Of a stretch of 64,000 nt of DNA, positions 1 through 21,150 are shown in pieces. The translations under genes and the position numbers were made by a program. This DNA comes from the human T2T-CHM13v2.0 reference genome, Homo sapiens: assembly GCF_009914755.1 (NCBI RefSeq), contig NC_060945.1; one strand, written 5' to 3'. Position 1 is the stretch's first letter; every line of letters starts with the position of its first letter. The notes under the pieces were generated by a model. It was not told the DNA's origin. It saw only the letters and a list, made by a program, of their open reading frames with translations, and did not search any database.

Positions 1-540
1 TGTCAGGATCCTGTTGACAGTCTTCAACATGTCTCCAGGCTCTGATCATCTCTCACCGCCACCATGACCCTGGTCAGGACCACTATCATCTCCCACCTGG
101 ATGTGGTGACAGCTCGGCCTCCCTGCTTCTACCAAAATCTTCCTATAGTCTTTCCCAACTCAGCAGCCAGGGGTGCTTTTAAATAGGGAGACAGATGATG
201 TCACCTGTCTGCTCAGAACCTTCCCGCAGTTCCCATCTCAGTCAGAGTAAAAGTCAAAGCCCCAGCAATAACCTCCCAGGGCTTACACAATCTGTACTGA
301 TCTCAGCCCAGCTACTCCCTGGCCTCCTCCCCTGCTTCTCTTCCTCCCTCTCTCTGCTGCACCAGACTCCATCCTGAGCCTTAGACACACCAAGGAGTTC
401 CCTCCTAACATCTTCACTCTGTTGCTTCTGCCTGCAATGCTCTTCCCTAAGCACCCTGGCCAGCTCCTTTCCCTCCTTGAAGCCTTTGCTCAATTTTCAC
501 TTATGAGGACAACCCTGAACACTCTATTTAATATTGCCAT
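1..540 (+). mobile_element. LINE-2 (L2) fragment
   Basis: Degenerate L2 3' region motifs (catctcccacctgga..cagcagccag..ttctgcctgcaatgctcttcc). Confidence 0.6.
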
Positions 541-574
541 CTGTCCCCACTTCCACCATGCTCACTCATTTGTT

Positions 575-863
575 CTTTCTTTTTTTTTTTTTTTTGAGAC
601 AAGACCTCCCTCTGTCACCCAGGCTAGAGTGCAGTGGCACAATCACAGCTCACTGCAACTTTGAACTCATATGCTCAAGCAATCCTCCTGCTTCAGTCTC
701 CTTACTAGCTAAAACTACAGGTGTGTGCTACCAAGACTGGTTTTTTTGTAGACAGGGTCTCACTATGTTGTGCAGACTGGTTTTGAACTCCTGGGCTCAA
801 CTCATCCTCCCACCTCAGCCTCCTAAAATGCTGGGATCACAGGTATGAGCCACTGTGCCTGGC
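575..863 (-). mobile_element. AluJ-like
   Basis: Poly-T followed by a diverged antisense Alu. Confidence 0.85.
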
Positions 864-865
864 TT

Positions 866-1223
866 TGTGTTCATTTCTTCTTGCTTCTTTTACACAGTAC
901 CCTACATTGAGTGGCTTAAAACACCACAAGTCTACTATCTGACAGTTCTGAAGCTCAGAAATCCAAAATAGGCATATCAAGGCTAAAGTCAAGGGGTCAG
1001 TAGGGCTGCATTCTCCTGGAGGGCCTAGAGAGAATGTGTTCCCTTGCCTTTTCCAGCTTCATGAAGCCACCCACATTCCTTGGCTCATGGCTCCTAACTC
1101 CGTCTTCAAAGCAAGAAGTGGAGCATCTTCAAATATGCCTCTCTCACCTCTGCTTCCATCATCACATCTCGTCCAATTCTGACTCTTCTACCTCCCTCTT
1201 GCTATTATAAAGACCCTTGTGAT
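866..1223 (-). mobile_element. MLT1-type MaLR LTR
   Basis: gtggcttaaaacacc..cagttctgaagc..cttgccttttccagcttc..ccttggctcatggc pattern. Confidence 0.7.
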
Positions 1224-1665
1224 TGCTTGGCATGGTAGCTCACACCTGTAGTCCCAACACCCTGGGATGCCAAGGTGGGAGGAATGCTTGAGGCCTGGGG
1301 TTCAAGACCAGCCTGGGCAACATAGTGAGACTCCACCTCTACAGACATAGTAGTAATAATGAATATTAGCCAGTCGTTGTGATGCACACCAGTAGTCCAA
1401 GCTACATGAGAGGCTGAGATAAAAGAATTGCTTTAGCCCAGGAGTTTGAGACCGGTCTAGGCAACATAAAAAGATGGCATTTTTATAAAAAATAAAAAAA
1501 ATTATCTGGGCGTAGGTGGCATGCACCTGTAGTCCTGGCTACTCAGGAGGCTAAGGCGGGAGGATTGCTTGAGCCCAGGTTGAGGCTGCAGTGAGCTATG
1601 ATCACATCACTGCACTCCAGCCTGGGTCACAGAGTGAGACACTGTCTCAAAAATAGAAAACAAAA
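1224..1665 (+). mobile_element. Composite old Alu monomers/AluJ
   Basis: Successive diverged Alu arms. Confidence 0.8.
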
Positions 1666-1946
1666 GAAGAGAAAGACACATTTGGTCTCTGCCCCTGGTC
1701 CTGGCACAGAGCTTCTAAAGCTCTTATAAAGTCCTCAGTGATAGAGGTGATAGGAGCATCTTTTGTTTCAATATTTGGTCTTAGTCCTAGGTTTCTAGCA
1801 CAAGATCCTCTTTGGATCACCCTACCCCCTACTTCCTACCCCATCCCCTACAAAACAACCCAATTCTTCTCCTTAATGGAGCTATATTACAAAAAGTTGT
1901 ACTCATTTATATTTTGAATTTCATTCATTAAAATTTTGTGGAAATT

Positions 1947-2016
1947 TGTTTTCTCTCTTGTTATACCTACATGCCATTCTTGTTTTCTCTCTTGTTATAC
2001 CTACATGCCATTCTTG
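1947..2016. repeat. 34-bp perfect tandem duplication
   Basis: ttttctctcttgttatacctacatgccattcttg occurs twice. Confidence 0.9.
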
Positions 2017-2429
2017 GTTTTGTCTCTTAGTCTTTGAAGCCTAAAATATTTAGCATCTGTCCCTTTAATGTGTTGACCTTTGGACTAAAGGAACTGGGAG
2101 GACTTTGGACTGGAAGAAAGAAGACAATATGACAACCGCTCTCAAATATTTGCCGGACTCAACAGGGAGCTGGATCCATCCATCACCAGGGAATCTTTAC
2201 TACGGAACACTCTCCTACCTATGAAGAAAGAGGTAGCTCTGTCTCTACAAAAACAAACAAACAAAATTAAGCCATGCAGGGTAGTGTGCGCCTGTAAGTC
2301 CAGTGACTCAGGAGGCTGAGATGGGAGGACTGTTTGAGCTCAGGAGCTTGAGATTACAGTAAGCTATGATTGTGCCACTGCACTTCCAACCTGAACAGCA
2401 CAGCAAGAGTCTGTCTCTAAAAAGAAAGA

Positions 2430-3690
<1,261 letters not shown>

Positions 3691-4588
3691 AAAAACCAAA
3701 GAGAAATGGAATGGTATATATTACCTATCAAATGCTGTGCTGGATACATTATAGCCATTATCTGATTAAGCTTCATGAAAGTCTGTGAGTCATTCAAGGC
3801 CAAGTATCTTTCTCAAAGTCTCACAGCTAGGAACGGGCAGTAAATTTTTTCACTAGACAATGGGTACTTTTCTACATAAGGGTCAAGGATCATCTGCCAG
3901 GGTTATTTAATACAAAGGAGATTTTCACATTAGAAAGCAGATTATTAATACAACCAATAATAATAGTAACATGCCTTTTGCATACATTATCTCCTTAATC
4001 CTCACAAATAGGAAAGAAAGAACCTAAGACATCAGAGAGCCACTTAGGATTAAGAATGCAAGCTGCCCCCAATATGCATCCTCTGTCCTTAAAGACCTGA
4101 GCTATGAACATGGAAAAGATTGAAAAACACTGCCTTCAGGTATGAATAAACATACATTAGATCTGAGTAAGAATGCATCACTTAGGGGGAAGGGAAGCAG
4201 ATGCTTATCTATTTTGTCTTATCTACTGATAACTAAATTCAGACATTGTAATAAAAGTAATACAAATGTTATAAATATATTTTCTCTTAATTTTTAAAGA
4301 GCAACGATTACAGTCTGAAAAACTGTCATTCAGCGACTAGTGCCATGCTGAGGCCAAATCTTTTGGTTTTCAATATCCAGCTTTATCATGTCACAATTAC
4401 CTTCAGATTCTTTTCCACTTAGATTGTAAAAATGCACATGAACTCAAAACTCTAGGTAAATCTATAAACCTATACCTATGAATCAACCTTTAATTCAATA
4501 AAAAATACACTTTCTCTACACACACTTTCTTTCCCTTTTTTATGTGCATTATCTTATTTAATCCTCAAAGCAATTCTCTGAGTTAGGA

Positions 4589-4965
4589 GTTTTTTTTTTT
4601 TAAGGGATACATGTGCAGAACATGCAGGTTTCTTACACAGGTATACACGTGCCATGGTGGTTTGCTGCACCCATCAACCTGTCATCTACATTAGGTATTT
4701 CTCCTAATGTTATCCCTCCCGTAGCCTCCCACCTCACACAGGCCCCAGTGTGTGATGTTTCCCTCCCTGTGTCCATGTGTTCTCATTGTTCAACTCCCAC
4801 CTATGTGTGAGAACATGCAGCGTTTGGTTTCCTGTTCTTGTGTTAATTTGCTGAGAATGATGGTTTCCAGCTTCATCCTGCAAAGGACATGAACTCATCA
4901 TTTTTATGGCTGCATAGTATTCCATGGTGTATATGTGCCACATTTTCTGGGAGTGTAAATTAGTT
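4589..4965 (-). mobile_element. 5'-truncated L1PA 3' end inserted in a MIR
   Basis: Poly-T, then antisense L1PA 3'UTR and ORF2 end ([14 protein letters not shown] in ORF 4734..4943). Confidence 0.88.
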
Positions 4966-5142
4966 ATTCCTCTTTTTTTAACCTTAAAATTTGAATTTAT
5001 GGAGCATTAAGTGCTTGACTGTAAAATCAAAAAGCAAAAAGAGATGTGAGGTCAAAGAAAGGAGAGACAGTGAAAAATGGGCCAGGAGTTAAAAAGTAAA
5101 ATTTTTCAGTAAAGAAGAACAGTTAAGATGGTTGTTCATGTT

Positions 5143-5518
5143 GTTATTGAAACAAAAGAGGTTTGGTCTAGGTCCTGCTGCTCACTGCATAGAAACCCAA
5201 TGACAAGTATTGCTAAGGAAGAAGGCTGTAACCCGGTGCTGCAGCCAAGGAGAGGGAAGCTCAGTCTCAAATCCATCTCCTTCACTGACTAAAACTAGGA
5301 GTCTATTTGGCAGGAAGAAATGCAACAATGTATAAGAAAACAGGAATTAGGGAGGAGCAAGGAAGCATCTGGGTACTGTGATATGGTGAATTGCAGATCT
5401 TTGATACTTTCTGAAGATCTTTTTTTGAGGAGGGAAGGCAGATAAGTATAGTTTCAAGCTTTAACAGCAGGGTTAAATTTCTACGTTTATCGTCTATGGG
5501 ACTACCAGGCTAGTTTCA
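5143..5518 (-). mobile_element. ERV1 (MER4-group) LTR
   Basis: tgttattgaaac..ggtctaggtcctgctgctc..gggactaccaggctagtttca resembles MER4-group LTRs; subfamily uncertain. Confidence 0.6.
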
Positions 5519-5949
5519 AATTAAGCAATGATTCTATAGGTCCTTTTTGTTGTTTTAAAATCTGAAACAATTGAATGTATGTTATATGCTAGACCTAAAG
5601 AAAATCCATTTCATGTGCTAAAAACCAGAGTAGATCAAAGTAAAACCTGTTACAAATAGCCTATGAGTATCAAGTTTGGGAACACTATGAAAAATTCCAA
5701 AAAAGGTAATCAATTCATAAAACTTACAGATGAACAAATGAATATTTCAGAATTCTTATCAGTACTAAGTATGAACATGATTTTATCAATATTTTCATTA
5801 CTAATTATACAATAAGAACCTGACTTCTGACTATTCTAAGGTATAAATGTGTACTTTACCTTAAATAGGAAAATGTGTTGTATATCCATTTTGAGATTCA
5901 TTACAAGATTCACAGAAGAGAAAACTGATAGCCCTGTATCGATTAAAAG

Positions 5950-6340
5950 CATTTTTTTAAGACAGTTTTGCTCTTGTTGCCTGGGCTGGAGTGACATGAC
6001 AAGATCTTGGCTCACTGTAACCTCCGCCTCCCAGGTTCAAGTGATTCTCCTGCCTCAGTCTCCCGAGTAGCTGGGATTACAGGTGTCTGCCACCATGCTG
6101 GGTTTTTTTTGTTTTTTTGTTTTTTTTTGTTTTGTTTTGTTTTTGCATTTTTAGTAGAGACGGGGTTTCACCATGTTGGCCAGGCTGGTCTTAACTCCTG
6201 ACCTCAGATGATCCACCCCCCTCAGCCTCCCAAGAGATGGAATCTCACTATGTTGCCCAGGTTGGCCTAGAACTCCCAGGCTCAAGTGATTCTCCCACCT
6301 CAGGTTTGAGAGTGGCTGGGACAACAGGGTGCAAACCCAG
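5950..6340 (-). mobile_element. AluS plus Alu monomer
   Basis: Antisense Alu sequence. Confidence 0.8.
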
Positions 6341-6369
6341 ATGAGGGTAATTTTTGTAACAAAGGGAGT

Positions 6370-7380
6370 TAGGAAACTTTCTATCAGAGAAACCTCAAGG
6401 CCCAGATGGTTTCACTGGCATATTTTACCAACTTACTAAAAAAAAGAATGTAACTAATTCCTAATGTCACAAGCAGACAATTACTGAAAACTGACTGCTA
6501 AAAACATGCAATTCACTTGGACACGGCCTAACGTGTATACACATATTCACATAATTACGGGCCAGAAGGTTTACTCAAAACACTTTCAGAGTTCTCTAGA
6601 CCTGATAAAGCTATCCTCTGAGAGAAAATAAACCTGTTAGGCAATTGCAAATTAAAACCACAATGAGGAACCACTGCATATCAACTTAAGAGGGTAAAAA
6701 TAAGATTGACCATACAAGTATTCACAAGAATGTCAACCAAAACTCTCATACCCTGCTGATGGAGATGTAAAATAATGCAGGTGCCTTGGAAAACAGTTTG
6801 GCATTTCCTTCAAAAGTTATAGATCCCAGCTATTCCATTCCCAGATATCTACTCAAGAGAAATGAAGGCCTATGTCCACACAAAAACTTGTACACAAACA
6901 TTCATAGCAGCTCTACCTGCAGCAGCCCCAGCCCCAAACTGGAAGAACCCAAATGGCTATCAACAAACAAAGGGATGAGCAAATTTTGACCCATGTATAC
7001 AACAGCGTATTAATCAACAACAAAACAGAATCTCCTACTGATACATGCAACATTGTGGATGAATTTCAAAACAATCATGTGAAGTAAAGAAGTCACAATA
7101 GTCCCTACCCCATGAAAATAGTCCACATTTAATCATATCATATGATATCATATATATGACTTTCTAGAAAATGCAAATTAAGCTAAAACGGAAAATCAGC
7201 ATGTTGCCTGAATACTGGGCAGGGTCATGAATTACAAGGGGACATGAGAAAACTTTTGGGGGTATGGATATTTCATTATCTCGGTTGCAATGAAGATGGT
7301 TTATTAGGTATGTACATGTCAAAACTGGATTTTATACTTCAAATGTTTAATTTATTACAATTACACATAGATAAAAAAAT
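6370..7380 (+). mobile_element. Ancient L1M fragments
   Basis: ggcccagatggtttcactgg, gcaaattaaaaccacaatgag, ctattccattcccagatatctactcaagagaaatg. Confidence 0.65.
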
Positions 7381-7695
7381 TAAGCTGACTATATCTGCAT
7401 TTGCCTAATAGGTTTATTTTGCAACACTAGAAACTGGGATTGAATTCTAAATTGTGCCACAACTTGTGCTTATACTTTTACAAACATGAATGACTATTTT
7501 ACATATCCCCTGAATTGTGTGAGTTGACCTTATATCCACATTTTTAAAATGTTTTATCCCAGTGACTTATTTACAAATATAGATGTCCATCAAGAACTAA
7601 TCAATAAAATACTATTTAAGAAGTTAAAGCAACTGATAAACTTTAATTTTAACCACAAATTTTTTTTATTAAAAAATTGCATTCACCCTTATTAC

Positions 7696-7772
7696 CTTGA
7701 ATGTGATATAATCATAATCAGGATCTTCTGATTCTTCCTTTACTGTCACAGCTGCCACTTCCAGGGAAATGA
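7696..7772 (-). pseudogene. GTF2IP: GTF2I exon-9-like; 1-bp deletion
   Basis: [19 protein letters not shown] versus GTF2I [25 protein letters not shown]. Splice sites ttttatag and gtaat; 77 nt. Confidence 0.9.
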
Positions 7773-8384
7773 CTATAAAAGCAAATGAAATTATATGATT
7801 GCATGTCAGGGCTTTCAGCTAAACTGTGTAGCGAAATCCTCTCCATGCTCCCTATAAATACAGCAATGAATACCCATTTTAAATAAAGACTTTAAAAGTC
7901 TTTGAAAGGACAAAAGTTCACCACGTGTAGCAGAGTGTAGGAATCACCTATAGTCCCAACCGAGAAAAAGTTTTAACCATTTATTAATATTCTGCAATTA
8001 TTTGCTGCCAATTTTTTTCTCCAGCAAATTCTTATCTTTAGAATTAAAGAAAATTTAGTCACAATCCATGTTCACTGAATATTAAAACTACTATTATAAA
8101 CCACTGTTATATACATCAGTTTTAATAACTCAATATTCCAGAGTAGAGATGGTATAATTTTTGGCAATTTCAATAATGAGATACATTGATTTTTTTTTCC
8201 TCCTCATAAATCTCTTCTATTAACAAGAGGACAAAGCACACCTTTCTGCATAAAGGTTTGCCCACAATTAGGACAGGTAATTTGAAGCCACCTTTGTGGC
8301 CAGATACAGAAGAGTGCATATTGGGTAATTCCTCTCATTTGAAGGTCAAAATAGGCAAATGAAATCTTTGTTATTGAATATGTA

Positions 8385-8692
8385 GGCTGGGTGTGGTGGC
8401 TCATGCCTTCAATTCTAGTACTTTGGGAGGCCAAGGCAAGCAAATCACCTGAGGTCAGGAGTTCAAGACCAGCATGGCCAACATGGTGAAACCCCGTCTC
8501 TACTAAAAATACAAAAATGTAGCTGTGTGTGGTGGTGGGCACCTGTAGTTCCAGCTACTCGGGAGGCTGAGGCAGGAGAATGGCGTGAACCCCTAAGGCA
8601 GAGCTTGCGGGTGAGCCGAGATTGTACCACTGCACTCCAGCCGGGGCGACACAGCAAGACTGTCTCAAACAACAACAACAACAACAAAAAAA
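8385..8692 (+). mobile_element. AluS with (AAC)n tail
   Basis: Full Alu dimer. Confidence 0.88.
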
Positions 8693-9799
8693 AACTGAAA
8701 ACATTAATGTAAGCGTAGTAAACTAAGGAATAAATTTTTGTGACAATTGACAGCAGATGAGAATGACTATAGTTAACAACAATGCATTGTACATTCCAAA
8801 TTAGTTAGAAGAGAGGACTTGAAATCATAAATACTCAAGGTGATGGACACCCCAACTACTCTCACTTCATCATGACACAGATGATACATATAACAAATAT
8901 CACAGTTACCCTATAAAAACCTACAAATGTATGAACTAAAAGGTTAAATCCAAAAAAAGTCTTGTAAGTTGCAGAAAAGTAGACTGTAGCAACTGTACGT
9001 ATTTTCTTCCTTTCCTGCTATGAATGTGTTTGTATGCAGATTATGTATTTGCATATATTAACTATTCCCTTCTTCTATGCGCAGTATTTTACAGAAGTTT
9101 TATTGGAGGTTTCTTTTCCATTTGTCCATTAGACTAGAGATTACTCAAATAGGTTAGGATTGAATTAAGAGTAAGTGATACGCCTCATGACTAGATAGTC
9201 AGTCTCCCAGAGATGGGTGTGGCTGTTGGAACACTACGTCTCCTCATTTTGAGCAGATGGTAAAAACTGATTTCTTTGTAGGAAGTTGCACTCTGTTGGA
9301 TGGAACAGTTGTGCTGTTGTACAGAAAGTCAAATGTGCAGGGAAGGGTGTGTATATTTCCTGAGTAGCCAGAGGGCAGCCAGGGCTAGCCATTAAAGCTG
9401 ATGTCTCTTAGTTGCAAGCCCACCCTCTGGGTTTCTGGTGAAGCTTGAGCTCTGCACAGCAACTGGCTTTGCGTGAGTCTCTACCACAAGAACACACTAT
9501 GCGGAGACAATAGGCTAGAGAAGGGGAAGGGATCTGTGCCTTCTTTTTGTCTCCTTGTCTGCACCCTAATCCCATCAAGGTCACTCCTTGGTACCGTCAT
9601 TCAGCCTGGTGAATGAAGGCCCTCCAATAACAAGATATGTGTCTGGTTGACAATGTCTCTGACACTACCGACAGCTTCACTATGCCCCAAAGCCGCCAGT
9701 GCCAACCACACAGTATCCCACCTCCAAAGTCAAAATGAGAGTGGGTGCAGTGGCAGCCATGACCTAGATTTGTTCCTTAGACACCTTAGTGTTCTAATT

Positions 9800-10052
<253 letters not shown>

Positions 10053-12061
10053 ATAATACTTCTATGGTTTCTTGCAGCTCTCCCAAAATACATTTACATA
10101 CATAAAAGCTCATTCACATACATGCACACACACACATTATCACAGCTCTTCCCCTCTCCCCAACAATTCATTCCAGATGCCATTAGATGGTGCTAAGTGT
10201 GGCAGGTGATTGCCCCGGGAAGCACAGCAAGATGAGAAGGTTTAGGAGGAGCAAGAGAAGTTGCCAAGGGCCTGGGCAGACAGAGGCAGATGAGGGGCAG
10301 GCAAGGTGGTAACAGCCTACCAAAGAGTGTCCCATGTGAGTAAAGGACATGGGCTGAGCAGCAGGAGGCTCAATGGTGGCACTAGTACACAAGATAAATA
10401 CTGGGTAAATGATGAAATAAATCAGTAGGTTGAGAATATCTGGGTGGCATGGTTCTATGAAAGCATTGTAAATAGGAAAAGAAAGAAAGAAAGAAACAAA
10501 CAAACAAACAAGCAAACAAACAAACCCAAGCCCTGGATGTTAAGAACAGAAGCGAAGATACAGGTACGAGCTTTTGGCCTTCAACATGTGTAAGTACACA
10601 GACAAATACAGATGTAAATGTGTGCATGCACACGATGATTTTCCTTATTGTGCTGACTGTATTGTGGTTACACAGGCCAATGTCCTTGTTTGTAAAAATT
10701 ACACGTGGAAGTAGCTGAGAGATAGGGCATTGTGCTGGCAACTTACTGTCAAATAGTACAGGAAAAAGTTTATTGCACCATCTACATGGATGCTTTCTGG
10801 AGTCTTTCTGTTAGCTTGAAATTGCTTCAAACTGTAACTGATTTTATAACAAAAATTTTAAGGAATTACAGTATTATTTATCTCTCCTACATCAAGCTTT
10901 TCTCTTGTAGTCTATCTTACAGGTACTTCCATATGAATATAAACAGATCTATTACTTTGTGTTTACTGGCAACATGGATGGAATTTCCAGAATGGAACAG
11001 TAGGTTAATTATCTTTTTTATAAGGCAGCAATGGGTTAAAGAATACATGCATCTTAAAATAATAGATATTGTCAAAGTACCATGCACAAGATAGCTACAG
11101 TTTATATGCACATAAACAATGCCTCAACCTGCCTGTTTTTCCAAACCCTTTGCTAAGACTGAGCATAAGCAAAATTTACTGTCTGCCAACCTGCTAGGTG
11201 TCAAACATTTTCATTTTTAGATTGTTATCCCCACTTCTTTAATGAGATTGAGAGTTTCTTGAGTCTCTGCTCATTTATTTTGTGGTTTGCTTCTTTTAAA
11301 ACAACATATAGATGGGGTCTTCCTTTGTTGCCTAGGCTGGATTCAAACTCCTGAGTGCAAGCAATCCTCCCATCTTGGCCCTTCAATGACTGGGATTACT
11401 GGTGTAAGCCACCATGCCCAGCCTGGATTTGTTCTTCGTAAATCAAACCCTTTGTCATTTCTTGCAAATAGCCTACCCTTTCTCTTACACGTCCTTTGAC
11501 ACATTTTAGATGGTTTAGCCATACAAAACATTTCAATTTTCAGTTAAATGTAGGCTTAGAAAACATTTCAAGAAACTGAAGTGTTTCTTTTTTCACCTGC
11601 TTTTAATCTAAAGTCTTATTATATCTGGATTTTAACATTTCTTAAAAGTAATGTCAGATTATAAATGTTTGGATTTTATTCATTTTCTAAATGATTCTGA
11701 CTGGTTTCCTACATATATAATATGACCTGCAAAAGAAGATGTGTCCTTTACTTTCTAATTATTTGCAACTAATCTGTACTGGTTTATACATCTAGGAAAC
11801 TGATGAGCAACTGGTGGGAGTGTGTATCTTTTTCATATGAAGCATGCTTCTAGTGGTTTACTATTAGACAATAATGGGTTGGCATTTGCAATAATATTCC
11901 AACCAATTATATTAAGGATTTCTGCTGCTTTTTCATGAGATACCTAGATGATACATTATTTCTAGTTAGTTCAATAATATGAGAAAATGAATTAAGATTT
12001 TTTATAAAATTATCCTGTGTTTCTGGATAAATCCTAAATCTGAAATTCACTGTAGAATATA

Positions 12062-14930
<2,869 letters not shown>

Positions 14931-15697
14931 CACCACAATGAGAATAAAACAAAGGTTAACAGAAAACAAAATGTGTGTGTTTATGTACATATTATTTTCC
15001 CTTTTATCCTTACATTGTGAAGAGTATTCCAATGATATTTGTTATTTCCTTTCAAAAGTCTAAAAAAAAATTGGCTCCAAAAGGTACCACTCTATCATTT
15101 TTTCTCTTCAAATGAAATGGCTAAACTTCCATAAAGGAAGCTGAAATCCTTCTCATTCTCCAAGGGCTCATGTAAATGCCCTCTTCCTCATGAAATTCTT
15201 CCTGAACTATAAAGGAATCCAACCCCTAATGAACATTCGCAGCACTTTCTCTGAACCAGTCTTACAGCAGGGATGTGAGGCTCTTGCCATGGCCATTTTA
15301 CAAACTTTTCTCCCTTCCATGAGACTCTGAGCACTCCAAAGCCATAATGCTTATACACAGTTGTGCATCCCCTCCCCACCCAAAGCTGTGCCCAAAAATG
15401 CCATGCCTATTCAGTGACATTAGGTCAATTAATTCTACTCACGATGCTTGGAAGTGGGGGCAGATCTATGATCTTATGTAGAAAACAAGTAGCTGATCTG
15501 AAAACAAAAAACAAGTGTCTACCTTTTCAGCTCAATGAACTTTTCTTGGATTATATAAATATCGAAGCAGCCCATCTGAAAATGTCTTACATCATATTCT
15601 CAAAGAAAATAAAACAGAAACCATTAAAGTGTATTAAAATCTAGCAAAACGGGATAGGAAGCCAGCCAGCTATCAAGGAAGCAAAGCAATCCCTAAT

Positions 15698-15726
15698 CTA
15701 GAGGCTTCTTTGGCTCTAAGAAAGAT
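15698..15726 (-). pseudogene. GTF2IP: GTF2I exon-6-like (29 nt), donor lost
   Basis: ttgcag|ATCTTTCTTAGAGCCAAAGAAGCCTCTAG|at reads (R)SFLEPKKPL versus RPFLEPKKHV. Confidence 0.85.
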
Positions 15727-15896
15727 CTGCAATAAAACAAAACTAATAAAACTACACGTGAATACACAAAATTAATGACAGCATAAATTTAAATGAATTG
15801 TCTTAACCAAGAATGTTTAAACTATATTAACATAAGCTGAATATTCAAATTTGTATGAATAAACCATTGATGGGCATGGAGGGAGAAAGCACCTCA

Positions 15897-16118
<222 letters not shown>

Positions 16119-16492
16119 TTAAGATTAAAAAACAAAATCATCACTACCTTATTGTGGCTTAATAAAGGCATACATGATCTTTTGTAACATGTGGTTTTAA
16201 AATTACTTAACACTACAGCACCCTATTCACATGTAAGAAGTTCTAAACCTGACACTGATCCAAAGGGCCAAAATGTAAAGTATATTAAATATCTGACTTT
16301 AAAAACTACACAAAAGGAGAGAGAAATGTCTGATTTCTTGCATTATTGTCTTTAAGATGGTCCTACTCTGGCGTATTTCTTGGGTTCCTCCTAAAAGGAA
16401 GTGGAAAGTCATCCATTCAGCTTGTGAAAATGTTGTTATATGACTGTTAAGTCAACGACATAACATAGTCTACCCTTTAGAAAACTCTATCA

Positions 16493-16690
<198 letters not shown>

Positions 16691-16777
16691 CTATTTTCTT
16701 AATATTTATTTGGCTTTTAGTAAAAATAGTTTTTCCTGTATTCCAATATTTGTGATCTGTTATACAAACAAAAAATA

Positions 16778-17066
16778 GGTCAAGTGAAGTGGCTCACACT
16801 TATAATCCCACCACCTTGGGAGGCTGAGGCAGAATTGCTTGAGCCCAGGATTTCAAGACCAGCTTGAGCAACATAGAAACAACCTATCCCTATAAAAAAA
16901 GATGAATAAAATTAGGTGTGGTGGTGCATATCTGTAGTCCTAGCTACTCTGGAGGCTGAAGCAAGAGGATTGCTTGAGTCCAGGAATTTAAGGTTACGAT
17001 GAGCTATAATTTTACCACTGCACTCCAGTCTGGGTCACAAAAAGAGACCCTGTGTTTAAAAAAAAA
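16778..17066 (+). mobile_element. AluJ-like
   Basis: Diverged Alu dimer. Confidence 0.82.
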
Positions 17067-17187
17067 GTCAGGGGGAAGATCTTAAAGGGAGCTTTTAAGA
17101 TACAAACCTAAAATAAGAGTAATTTATTGGCTATAAATTTAAATATGGGAAGATTATCATCAGGAAACAAATTCTAGGCTTACAAAG

Positions 17188-17470
17188 TCCAGCACAATAA
17201 CCACTAGACACACGTGACACTTGAAATGTGGCCAGTCCAAATTCAGATGTGCTGTAAGTGAACAATACACATTGACTTTTGAAAACTCAGCACAAAAAGT
17301 ATTCCAAATATCCCATTAATAATTTTTATATTGATCAAACATCGAAATATTTTAAAGTATTACCACTAAACGATTTTCACTTGTTTCCCTGTATTTTTTA
17401 ATGTTATAAGTAGAAAGTTTTAAATCATGTGAATGACTCGCATTATATTTAGTTCTATTTAATAGCACTT
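17188..17470. mobile_element. MER33-like hAT/Charlie DNA element
   Basis: cacttgaaatgtggccagtccaaattcagatgtgctgtaagtg..cattaataatttttatattgat matches the recalled MER33 consensus. Confidence 0.65.
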
Positions 17471-18134
17471 CACTAAATCCCAGAAAAGGGCTCAGAATTC
17501 TCCTGAAGAATTTCTACAACTTCCTCATGAAACTATTGATTATGTTTCAGAAGAACACTATTGCAAACAAATAAAAGGTACTTGAGAATTAGGTACAAAA
17601 ACCCTTCTCCATGGTATCAAATTAGTAGCAATGTAAACAAACTATAAATACCAATAGGCGGGGACTACAACTCGCAACGAGGACAACTCCCCTAATGCTT
17701 AGTTCCAATCAGTGGAGAACCATGTAAGCCACGGAGCACAGGGAGGGGAGAATAAACACAGCTGCCCACGAGATTGTGGTATTTGTGGGTCAGAGGGCAG
17801 GTGATACACACACAAATCAAAACAGCATTATTAGTATAAAGAAACACACAATCAAGGACTTAACATTTCTCAAAATTATAATATTGGCAAAATTTAAAAA
17901 ATAGGTTACTACCATAAAGCTTGGAAGATTATAACACAGGTGGTGAGGGGAGGGATACGGTGGTGAGGGGAGGGACACAGTGGCGAGGATAGTTTTTTTA
18001 AGAAACTAAAAATACTACTGGGAATAGGAATTAGTGAATTAGCAAAATTTTTAACTCACTAGTAATCTGCTCAATTTAACATGAATTGAATCTAATCTGA
18101 CAACGCAAATTTAAGTTTAAAGCTTAGTGGCATA

Positions 18135-21150
<3,016 letters not shown>

